Assembly: GCA_963819815.1 (NCBI GenBank)
Contig: CAWFXL010000001.1
Span: 960,001 to 1,024,000 of the forward strand
DNA length: 64,000 bases
Origin: an uncultured bacterium
Lineage (GTDB): Bacteria > Babelota > Babeliae > Babelales > Babelaceae
Direction of reading: 5' to 3'
This document shows, piece by piece, positions 1-8,552 of the stretch (position 1 is the first letter of the stretch; the number at the start of each line of letters is the position of its first letter). The notes beneath the pieces were generated by a model. It was not told the origin of the DNA. It was given only the letters and a program-made list of their open reading frames with translations, and searched no databases. A program made the translations under genes and the position numbers.

Positions 1-1215
1 CATTACGATTATCAAAAGCTAATATATATAAAACTGCACCGCAATCTTATTATACCTTTATTTCAAAGAGATCTTAAAAGCACCTCATTAGCTGAACTCA
101 GCAAGTGTATTGAAGAGATTCGTCAACAGATGCGTAAACACCCTTCCATTTGTATCACACTTAAAGACATCGCAGATAAATTAGATGATCAACTTTCCCT
201 TAACACTGTGCTCAGCTTTTTTTCATCAGATGATCGTGCTCTAAGGCTCGCACTAGTATCTGCTGGAGCAGAGTATGCAACCGATGCACATACAGTACGT
301 GATAACGACAAACAAGATGATCTTGAAAGACTTTTGAAGTTTGCCGTTGTAGAGAAAAATAAACAATTATTGGAAGCTCTTATAAGATCAAGCAATAGCA
401 CTTATTCTCTTAACGAGACTCTTATCCTTGCAACAGAGAGGAACGTAGTACCGATGGCAAAAATATTACTTGATGCAGGTGCATCGATCGAATATCAAAA
501 TGGGGCTCCTATTCGTGCTGCCTTTCACAATAGGGCGCTAGATATGGCACAGTTCCTTTTTGAGTCAGGTGCTTCTCTACGCGCCTCTATTGCTCAAAGA
601 TTCAATGAACTTGTTGAATCTCACAGGTCTCAACAATATGCGTCTAAACTATTGGTAACCCTTACACTCCCGGAGCCTTATTTTAAAACTCTACTGCGGG
701 GAAGCGTGCGAAGATATGTTCCCACAAAGATCGAGGCGAAAGTTGCAATGCAAAACATTGCGCGTCTGATATATGCATTAGGTAGGCACTTTCCAGCTTA
801 CGTTGTGTTTGAGGTACTGTTATTTGCGACAGATGATCAGCGTGATGCACAAAAACAATTGGTTGCACCGGAATGGACCAGATCGTTAAAAAGTTCACTC
901 GCAGTGCTCTATCTCTACAAATGTAACGGCAATAAGCTTTTTCCTCTTTGGGAAAAAACCATTAAGTGCTTAGTAAAAGATCCACAACAGCAAGCTCTGG
1001 TCATTTCAAAACTTGAGAATTTCATTCGACCGTTTCTAGGCAATGATGTCATAGAGATCGCCTGCTTGTATCTTATGGAAAAAGTCGCTGAAGAAGGTGG
1101 CCCACATCAGCAAAAACAATACGAAACCCGACTTTTCGGTAGAGATTTTGAGCTCTATTACAACCACTTGAAAGAGTCGGCGCAACTGAAAATAAATGGA
1201 TTTGAAGCTCCTTAA
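1..1215 (+). CDS. Ankyrin-repeat protein, paralog type A (5' partial; frame open from base 1)
   Basis: Frame 1 is open from position 1 (HYDYQKLIYIKLHRNLIIPLFQRDL...). ANK-like segments (LILATERN..MAKILLDAGASIE; GAPIRAAF..MAQFLFESGA). Colinear with 2982..4448. Confidence 0.85.
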   Translation, partial: HYDYQKLIYIKLHRNLIIPLFQRDLKSTSLAELSKCIEEIRQQMRKHPSICITLKDIADKLDDQLSLNTVLSFFSSDDRALRLALVSAGAEYATDAHTVRDNDKQDDLERLLKFAVVEKNKQLLEALIRSSNSTYSLNETLILATERNVVPMAKILLDAGASIEYQNGAPIRAAFHNRALDMAQFLFESGASLRASIAQRFNELVESHRSQQYASKLLVTLTLPEPYFKTLLRGSVRRYVPTKIEAKVAMQNIARLIYALGRHFPAYVVFEVLLFATDDQRDAQKQLVAPEWTRSLKSSLAVLYLYKCNGNKLFPLWEKTIKCLVKDPQQQALVISKLENFIRPFLGNDVIEIACLYLMEKVAEEGGPHQQKQYETRLFGRDFELYYNHLKESAQLKINGFEAP

Positions 1216-1249
1216 ATTCTGGAAATAATTATATAGTAAGGAAAATCTC

Positions 1250-2764
1250 ATGAACATTAGCATACTTGCACTAAGTGGTCTACTCCTGATCTCACATAAC
1301 CTGGGCGGCATGATCGAACACCAAGAGCAAACTGTAGTAAGTACCAAAGATGAACAAAACTTATTAAATTACCAACTTATCAGTGCCACAAAAGCTGGTG
1401 ATGCCTTGCGTATTAAAGAGCTTCTTAAAAAAGGAGCCTTAATAGTTGATGAAGACGACCCATTTCGCTATTTGTCTATTCATTGGGCTGCAATAAGGGG
1501 ACATCTTGAATGCTTAGACATCCTTCTTGATGCGCTTGAAAGCAATATTCCTCTAGCTTTACAAGGTGAAGACATTTTTCAGACACTACAAACAGTACGG
1601 GCATATCGTCATAAACTTGTGCCACTCTTTCAAAGGGATCCAAGGAGCCTTGCTGAGCTCACCAAATGTATTGAGAAAATAGATCAATATAAAATGAACG
1701 AAGTTGATGTCGGTTATGAGCTACATTGGACACTTAATCAGATTTTAGACAAGTTAGAATATCAACTCTCACTGAACGTCGTCTTCAATTGTTTTCATTC
1801 TCATGAAAACCTACGTTCCATACTAGTACGTGCAGGAGCAGTGCTTGCTACCGATGCCCACGCGGTAAGTACTGCCGAAAAGCAGAAACATCTTGATAAG
1901 CTTTTGCTGTTTGCAGCACGAGAAGATGATGAACTTGTTAAAGCTCTTATAGACTGCGGAGCAAATGTGCATACAGTTGAAAAGCCGAATAATCGAACAC
2001 CCCTGCACACTGCAGCAAGGTATGATCATCTGCGCACCGTTAAACTATTACTAAATGCAGGCGCGTCCCTTGAGTCCGAAGATAAAAATGGGTTAACACC
2101 ATTGCATGAAGCTCGAGACATCAGAGCATTTGGCACGATGCAGATCCTTCTTGAATCAGGTGCTAACATTCGTCGAAACGGGTTTAAATACAGGTTAAAA
2201 GATGATCTCATAGCATCTCTCAAAACACTCCTCCAGGCGAGTGTTCGAAGATATGCTCCTACCAAGACCGAGGCTAAAATTGCCATGCAAAATATTGCAT
2301 TCCTCATCTATATCTTGGGCATTACCTGTAATCTTCCACCTTACGTTATTTATGAGATCATCTTATTTGCGGCAGGAGAGAAAAATGAGCAAGGACACCT
2401 TATTGCACCAGAATGGACAAACGCATTAAAACGAGATATTGCCGTGATCCATCTCTATATGTGTAACGGCAATAAGCTTCGTCCTCTATGGGAACAAACT
2501 GTTAGGTGTATAGTAAAAGATCCACAACAGCAGACTCTTCTCATTTCAAAACTTGAGAATTTTATACAGCCATTTTTAGGAAGCGACGTCAGAAAAATCG
2601 TCTGCCACAGACTTATGAATCAAGTTGCCGCTGAACCTCTGCTCACTGCCGGGGTCGATGGCAGATTTGAAGGTACAAATAGAGATGATATTTTTGGCGA
2701 AGATGCCCAGCTCTATTTGGATCACTTGCAAGAATATCTTCACGTAGATGGGCTTTTTGAATAG
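1250..2764 (+). CDS. Secreted ankyrin-repeat protein, paralog type B
   Basis: Hydrophobic N-terminal leader; canonical ANK repeats (NNRTPLHTAARYDHLRTVKLLLNAGA; NGLTPLHEA); AAGGA upstream of the ATG. Confidence 0.9.
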   Translation: MNISILALSGLLLISHNLGGMIEHQEQTVVSTKDEQNLLNYQLISATKAGDALRIKELLKKGALIVDEDDPFRYLSIHWAAIRGHLECLDILLDALESNIPLALQGEDIFQTLQTVRAYRHKLVPLFQRDPRSLAELTKCIEKIDQYKMNEVDVGYELHWTLNQILDKLEYQLSLNVVFNCFHSHENLRSILVRAGAVLATDAHAVSTAEKQKHLDKLLLFAAREDDELVKALIDCGANVHTVEKPNNRTPLHTAARYDHLRTVKLLLNAGASLESEDKNGLTPLHEARDIRAFGTMQILLESGANIRRNGFKYRLKDDLIASLKTLLQASVRRYAPTKTEAKIAMQNIAFLIYILGITCNLPPYVIYEIILFAAGEKNEQGHLIAPEWTNALKRDIAVIHLYMCNGNKLRPLWEQTVRCIVKDPQQQTLLISKLENFIQPFLGSDVRKIVCHRLMNQVAAEPLLTAGVDGRFEGTNRDDIFGEDAQLYLDHLQEYLHVDGLFE

Positions 2765-2862
2765 GGTGTATATCTAAGGCTAAAAAATGGAATGCCATTA
2801 ATGAAATAGTACGAATTGTCGGAAAGTTTGGTAAAGGAAATACAGACTATCAAATTATTTTA

Positions 2863-2952
2863 ATGCGTCAGCCCCTGCCTACAGTTGCTGAAAAAGATTT
2901 CGAGCTATATCATAACCATTTAAAAGAGTCAGGTTATCTTGATCGACCTTAA
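2863..2952 (+). pseudogene. 3'-end remnant of a further type-A ankyrin paralog
   Basis: Translates ...EKDFELYHNHLKESGYLDRP*, matching the type-A C-terminus RDFELYYNHLKESA...P*. The downstream spacer resembles 1213-1249. Confidence 0.7.
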
Positions 2953-2981
2953 GTCCTGAAAATAAGTATAGGTAAACCTCC

Positions 2982-4448
2982 ATGAGCATTCGAATATTTA
3001 CCGTAATTGGTCTACTCATCTTGTGGAGCTTTTGTACTATGGCTGCAGAACGTGCAGAAGAAGTTGCACTTCCAGCAGTAGCAGATCTTCAACAACAGCT
3101 CATCGGTGCTTCAAAAGTCGGTGATGCTGCCCGCATAAAAGCTCTTCTTGCTCAAGGTGCTTTAATAGTTGAGTCTGATAGTCCAAGGTTATCTGATCTC
3201 ACAGCGTTTGAGTGGGCAGCACTAAAGGGACACCCTGAATGCTGTAATTTGTTGCTTGATGAACTTGAAAATAATACTCCCCTGGATGCCAAAGGAAAGG
3301 GATATACCAACCGCCATCAAAATTACCGCACCCTGCAAAATGTAAAACAGCACCGAGATCTTTTTGTACCTCTCTTTCAAAAAGATCTTCGAGGCACATC
3401 CCTGGCTAAACTCAGGCTGTGTATACAGACTCTCAAGTTGTGGAGTTACCTTGCCCAGCTTTATAGGCTCATAGATAAGTTAGAAGATCAGTATTCCCTT
3501 AACACCGTTCTCAGCTATTTTTCATCTGATGATACGCCGTTAAGACTCGCACTCCTATCTGCGGAAGCAAAGTATGTAACAGATGCTCATTATAGCGACA
3601 AACAAGAGCATCTTGACAGACTCTTAAGGCTTGCTGTTGCACAGGAAAATAAAGAGCTACTAGAAGCTCTCATACACGCAAATGCAAGCATCGATTCTCT
3701 GAGCAATGCCTTATGCCTTGCAGCTGCAAGAGATACGGTGCCCATGGCAAAAATCTTGCTTCATGCAGGTGCATCGATCGATTACAAGCCTAAAAGAGCA
3801 TCCACCCCTTATTTTGAAGCCTTCAACAATAATGCGCTACGTATGGGACATTTCCTTTTTGAGTCAGGCGCTTCTATACAACACCACCTTCTATCACCTA
3901 GCTATTACCTTGATAGGCGCTATTTTGAAACACTTATGCGAGGAAGTGTACGAAGATATGCTCCCACAAAAAAAGAAGCCAAAAACGCAATGCAGAACAT
4001 TGCACGTCTCATATATGCCTTGAACCACTTACCAGCTTACGTTATCTATGAGATCATCTTATTTGCGGCAGGAGAACAGAATGATGACCAAGGACAACCG
4101 ATTGCACCAGAATGGACTATGGCATTAAAAAATTCCCTCGCGGTATTGTATCTCTACAAATGTAACGGCAATAAGCTTTTTCCCCTTTGGGAACAAACCA
4201 TGAGGTGTATAGTAAAAGATCCACAACAGCAGGCTCTGCTTATTTCAAAACTTGAGAACTTTATTCGACCGTTTCTCGCTAATGATGTCATAAAGATCAC
4301 CTGTTTATATCTTATGGAAAAGGTTGCTGAAGATGCTGGTCCCCAACACAAAGGTGAATATACCAATGCACTTTGTGATGATTTTGAGTTCTATTACAAC
4401 CATTTGAAAGACGGACCACTAAACATAGGTGGATTTGATACCCCTTGA
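2982..4448 (+). CDS. Secreted ankyrin-repeat protein, paralog type A
   Basis: Signal-peptide-like N-terminus; ANK segments (TAFEWAALKGHPECCNLLL; ALCLAAARDTVPMAKILLHAGA); C-terminal domain shared with the other three paralogs. Confidence 0.9.
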   Translation: MSIRIFTVIGLLILWSFCTMAAERAEEVALPAVADLQQQLIGASKVGDAARIKALLAQGALIVESDSPRLSDLTAFEWAALKGHPECCNLLLDELENNTPLDAKGKGYTNRHQNYRTLQNVKQHRDLFVPLFQKDLRGTSLAKLRLCIQTLKLWSYLAQLYRLIDKLEDQYSLNTVLSYFSSDDTPLRLALLSAEAKYVTDAHYSDKQEHLDRLLRLAVAQENKELLEALIHANASIDSLSNALCLAAARDTVPMAKILLHAGASIDYKPKRASTPYFEAFNNNALRMGHFLFESGASIQHHLLSPSYYLDRRYFETLMRGSVRRYAPTKKEAKNAMQNIARLIYALNHLPAYVIYEIILFAAGEQNDDQGQPIAPEWTMALKNSLAVLYLYKCNGNKLFPLWEQTMRCIVKDPQQQALLISKLENFIRPFLANDVIKITCLYLMEKVAEDAGPQHKGEYTNALCDDFEFYYNHLKDGPLNIGGFDTP

Positions 4449-4466
4449 GTTAGAAGGAAAAAACAA

Positions 4467-4577
4467 ATGAAACAAATTCCACAAACCCCCCATTCTGCGG
4501 CTTGGAACCACTTGCTCCTTCTTCAAAGAATATACTGTTTAGGAACAGTCTTTATAACAGCTACCTTACTAGCTTGA
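4467..4577 (+). other. Possible 36-aa small ORF containing a prmC-derived segment
   Basis: AAGGA upstream; MKQIPQTPHSAAWNHLLLLQRIYCLGTVFITATLLA*. Bases 4533-4563 match prmC 6588-6621 apart from a 3-nt gap. Confidence 0.35.
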
Positions 4578-4686
4578 TTAGATGCTCTATGAGTATAGGC
4601 TGGCTAAACTCATTACCTGTCGGTTGACATGGCAACCGCGGTAAAGAAAAGAATTATTGGGAAAATAATTGTATCGGAAACATCTC

Positions 4687-6180
4687 ATGAACATTCGTAT
4701 ACTAAGTGGTCTCCTCGTGATTTCACAGAGTCTGGGAGCTATGATTGTGCACCAAGAACAAGCCGTTGTACGTACCAAGGAAGAACAAAACATACTGAAT
4801 TACCAGCTGATCAGCGCTACAAAAGCTGGTGATGCTTCGCGTATTAAAGAGCTCCTTAAAAAAGGAGCCTTGATAGTTGATGAAGACCCTTTCCACTATA
4901 TATCTATTCATTGGGCTGCAATAAGGGGACATATTAACTGCTTGAACATCCTTCTTGATGCGCTTGAAAACAACACCCCCTTAGCTCTACAACGTGCAGG
5001 TGCGTATCTGGAACTGCAAACAGTACGGGAAAACCGCCATCTTATTGTACGACTCTTTCAAAGAGATCCAAAGAGTCTAGCTGAGCTCACCACGTGTATT
5101 GAGAAATGTAACTATAAGAAGAATGATCCTGAATTCGGTGTGCGCTGGACACTTAATAGGATTTTAATCAAGTTAAAAGAGCAACTTTCACTGAATGTTG
5201 TTTTTAATTGTTTTTATTCTGTTGAAAAATTACGTTCCATGCTTTTACTTGCCGGCGCAGAGCTTGCTACCGATGCGCATACGGTAAGTAATGCCAAAAG
5301 GCAAAAGCACCTCGATAGGCTTTTGCTGTTTGCAGCGAGAGAAGATGATGAGCTTGTTAAAGCTCTTATAGAATCTGGTGCAAACATCCATACTGTCTCG
5401 CGCAATAGTCTAACACCACTGCATATTGCAGCAATGCTGGATAATCTGCGCACCGTTAAAATTTTACTCGATGCGGGCGCATCTATCGAGTCTGAAGATA
5501 AAAATGGGCTAACACCATTGCATCATGCCCGCGGTACAAGGTCATTTGGCTCATTGCAGATCCTTCTTGAATCGGGTGCTAACATTCGCCGAAAAGGAGA
5601 TTGCTTAAGGATCAAAGATGATCTCATAGCGTCTCTTAAAATACTCCTACAAGCAAGCATACGAAGATATGCACCCACAAGGATTGAAACAAAAATTGCT
5701 CTTCAAATTATTGCACGTCTCGTGTATGTCTTAAGTATGCATTTTCCAGCTTACGTCATCTATGAGATTCTTTTATTTGCCGCAGGAAAACAGAAAAATG
5801 AGCACGGATACCCTAATGCACCAGAATGGACAAACGCATTAAAACGAAATCTTGCCGTGATCTATCTCTATACATGTAACGGCAATAAGCTTCGTCCTCT
5901 GTGGGAGCAAACCATAAGATGCATTGTAAAGGATCCACGACAGCAGACTCTTCTCATTTCAAAACTCGAGAATTATATACAGCCGTTTCTCGGAAACGAA
6001 GTCAGAAAAATCGTCTGTCTAAGGCTTATGAATCAAGCTGCCAATGAACCTCTGCTCACCGCATTGGTTAATGGCACATTTGAAGGTACGAATAGAGCCG
6101 ATATTTTTGGCGAAAATTACAAGCTCTATTTGGATCACTTGCAAGAATATCTTCATATAGATGGACTTTTTGAAGGGTGA
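4687..6180 (+). CDS. Secreted ankyrin-repeat protein, paralog type B
   Basis: Start moved to ATG 4687 (MNIRILSGLL) by homology with 1250..2764; ANK repeats (SLTPLHIAAMLDNLRTVKILLDAGA). Confidence 0.9.
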   Translation: MNIRILSGLLVISQSLGAMIVHQEQAVVRTKEEQNILNYQLISATKAGDASRIKELLKKGALIVDEDPFHYISIHWAAIRGHINCLNILLDALENNTPLALQRAGAYLELQTVRENRHLIVRLFQRDPKSLAELTTCIEKCNYKKNDPEFGVRWTLNRILIKLKEQLSLNVVFNCFYSVEKLRSMLLLAGAELATDAHTVSNAKRQKHLDRLLLFAAREDDELVKALIESGANIHTVSRNSLTPLHIAAMLDNLRTVKILLDAGASIESEDKNGLTPLHHARGTRSFGSLQILLESGANIRRKGDCLRIKDDLIASLKILLQASIRRYAPTRIETKIALQIIARLVYVLSMHFPAYVIYEILLFAAGKQKNEHGYPNAPEWTNALKRNLAVIYLYTCNGNKLRPLWEQTIRCIVKDPRQQTLLISKLENYIQPFLGNEVRKIVCLRLMNQAANEPLLTALVNGTFEGTNRADIFGENYKLYLDHLQEYLHIDGLFEG

Positions 6181-6368
6181 GTGTATCCTCAGGAATAAGT
6201 AGGAGCACCTTCGTAAACATCTTATAGGTGTACTATAATTCTATAGCCTTGGGATCGCCCTGCACTCAATTTTGAGATTATCATGCCATTTTAAAGGCGG
6301 TCTCACTTTACAATTCATGCACCCTTGAGTAGTATACCTATCAAGCTCTCCTCATTAGACAAGACAAT

Positions 6369-7253
6369 ATGACCATTATAGAAGCACGTTCGTGGATTAC
6401 CCAAGAACTCTCGCACAAGTATTCACCAAGCGAATCGCAGGTACTTGCCCAACAGCTATTAAGCTGGGCACTATCACAATCCTTTGCTCACCTTCTTGCC
6501 AATCCACGGCAACCAGTCTCAACAAAAAGTCTTTCTGTACTATCACGCATACTGAGTGAGCATCTAGAAGAGCACAAACCACTTCAGTACTGTTTAGGAA
6601 CAGTTCCTTTTATAACAGCTATCCTGAAGGTACACCCTCCCATCTTAATCCCACGCCCTGAAACAGAATGGTGGGTCGCCCTTATGATCGGTCTTCTGAA
6701 AAAGGTTTCTCATCCAAAACTCACGCTACTTGATATGTGTACCGGTTCTGGCTGCATCGCTATAGCTCTTGCACAAGCCTTTCCTGAAGCAACTATTTAT
6801 GCGGTGGATATTGAAGTAGAAGCCCTTAAGCTTGCCCAAGAAAACGGCACCCTTAACGGATGCACAAATATTATTTTTATCCACTCAGATCTTTTTAAGG
6901 ACATACCTCAAGAGCTCGCATTTGATTGTATAGTAAGCAACCCGCCCTATATCTCACCTTCTGAATATGAGCACCTTGATCCGGATGTAAAACTTTGGGA
7001 AGATGCAAAAGCACTCCGAGCTGAAGATGAAGGGCTTTCGATACTTACTCAAGTTATTGAAGAATCACCCTCCTGGCTTACCCAAAATCCTCTCTTTACC
7101 GAACAGCACGTGCCGCAGCTCGCCGTAGAAATTGGTGAACATCAAGCTGAGAGGGTAAGTACTCAGATGCGTAAATCAGGCTTTGTCCCCACCGTATACC
7201 GCGATCTTGCAGGCAAAGATCGTATGGTAGCTGGTGAGGTACTTGATGAGTAA
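6369..7253 (+). CDS. prmC: Release factor glutamine methyltransferase HemK/PrmC
   Basis: PLQY.LG, LIPRPETE, SAM motif LDMCTGSGCIA, NPPY, RDLAGKDR. Confidence 0.95.
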   Translation: MTIIEARSWITQELSHKYSPSESQVLAQQLLSWALSQSFAHLLANPRQPVSTKSLSVLSRILSEHLEEHKPLQYCLGTVPFITAILKVHPPILIPRPETEWWVALMIGLLKKVSHPKLTLLDMCTGSGCIAIALAQAFPEATIYAVDIEVEALKLAQENGTLNGCTNIIFIHSDLFKDIPQELAFDCIVSNPPYISPSEYEHLDPDVKLWEDAKALRAEDEGLSILTQVIEESPSWLTQNPLFTEQHVPQLAVEIGEHQAERVSTQMRKSGFVPTVYRDLAGKDRMVAGEVLDE

Positions 7254-7827
7254 TGTACTAAACCTAAGCGAGCAGGTAAAAAGATACCAAGAAAAAAGGC
7301 TTCGACGTTGGACTTTCTTTCTCATCGTAAGTATAAGCCTACTTACCTTCTTTGTAGGTACGATTTCGAGTATAGCCTGGTATCGTGTTACCAAAGCTCG
7401 TACACAAAACGAACAGCTGCTTGCTGAACACAAAGAGCTTGCCCATAGGTGGAGCCACCTACAAAAGTCCGCTAAAGAGCTCAAAGCGCTAATCAAAGAA
7501 CAAACGTTACTTGAACGCAACAAGCTTGCACACTACCTAAAATCAGTGTCGGAAAGTATCCCGGTGCATACCTTACTGACCTTGCTTGAATTCAAGGCAC
7601 CACAAACTCTTACTCTACAAGGGTATGCAGAGTCCTTAGAAGAGCTTGGGCTCTTTATGCACCAGCTTGCTAAAAGTGATATTCAGATGCATCTCAAGCA
7701 GGCCTATGCTCTGCACCCGGTGATTTTTTTTAAGATGAGCACTGAGATACCATCAGAAAGTACAGCAAGAAAAAGAGCTCCTCGTAACCAAAAAGCTCCC
7801 AAACTACGTACGCAAAACTCACCATAG
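7234..7827 (+). CDS. PilN/GspL-like type IV pilus / T2SS alignment protein
   Basis: NVLNL-type N-terminus, single TM, coiled coil, then SESIP..TLLTLL...LTLQGYAES...LGLFM..L, the PilN-type pattern. The true start may be the second Met. Confidence 0.6.
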   Translation: MRYLMSNVLNLSEQVKRYQEKRLRRWTFFLIVSISLLTFFVGTISSIAWYRVTKARTQNEQLLAEHKELAHRWSHLQKSAKELKALIKEQTLLERNKLAHYLKSVSESIPVHTLLTLLEFKAPQTLTLQGYAESLEELGLFMHQLAKSDIQMHLKQAYALHPVIFFKMSTEIPSESTARKRAPRNQKAPKLRTQNSP

Positions 7828-8155
7828 CACCCATAAAGATAGAAATCTTGCACCTGCAATACACAAGGCACCATATCAGAGTGCCCTGTGTCATACTAAG
7901 AAATTCACCCCGCTCCCCAAAAGTTCCATCCTCCTTTCAAGCGCATGCTCTCTGATCGATTGCGGAAACCTCCCACATCAATCCTTGCTTAAGCAAGCAG
8001 GACTGAGCACTAGACTCACCCTCTCTAAGCATTCAGTTGAGAGCACTGCATACTATTTGAAAGAAAATCACGTAACCATTGCATATGATCAGCCCTTTTA
8101 GGTAGTCTTAAATAAGAAGCAATGATCAAGGCCCACTGAAGGATGGTAGAATGCG

Positions 8156-8398
8156 ATGATCATACGGTATATATTAGCTATGTTAGTCGTTTTACCAGGC
8201 TATTCCTGGGCCGTTACCCTTTATTCTCCCTTCTGCTCAAGCCCCTGTCAAACAACCAAAGGGCCTGGCAGTTATGGAAAGTCTCCTTCAGATGTCCGCT
8301 ACCGCGATGCATGGCAATGGAACCAAGTTCCATGTAATACTCCCTGTAAAAATTCACGCACACCACGATGCCCAGCAAAAAGTTCTGCTCTGCGCTAA
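8156..8398 (+). CDS. Small secreted Cys-rich protein (80 aa)
   Basis: Signal peptide ending SWA; mature part has CSSPC and CNTPC plus a fifth Cys. Confidence 0.55.
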   Translation: MIIRYILAMLVVLPGYSWAVTLYSPFCSSPCQTTKGPGSYGKSPSDVRYRDAWQWNQVPCNTPCKNSRTPRCPAKSSALR

Positions 8399-8552
8399 AG
8401 ATACCAACCGATATCTTTTTGTTTATCCAGCATTTTAATGGTATTCTAGAAAATAAATACTGACTACAAAGAGCTCCTTAGTTAAGCACCGATACGTTTT
8501 ACTATACTAAGGCACAATAGTACCCTTTCTCATTGAATAAGAGGTCAATCAC

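Noticed and set aside
7724..7731. T8 run as a slippage site joining the PilN-like gene to the downstream open frame
   Set aside because: The alternative frame has a TGA at 7736-7738 immediately after the run.
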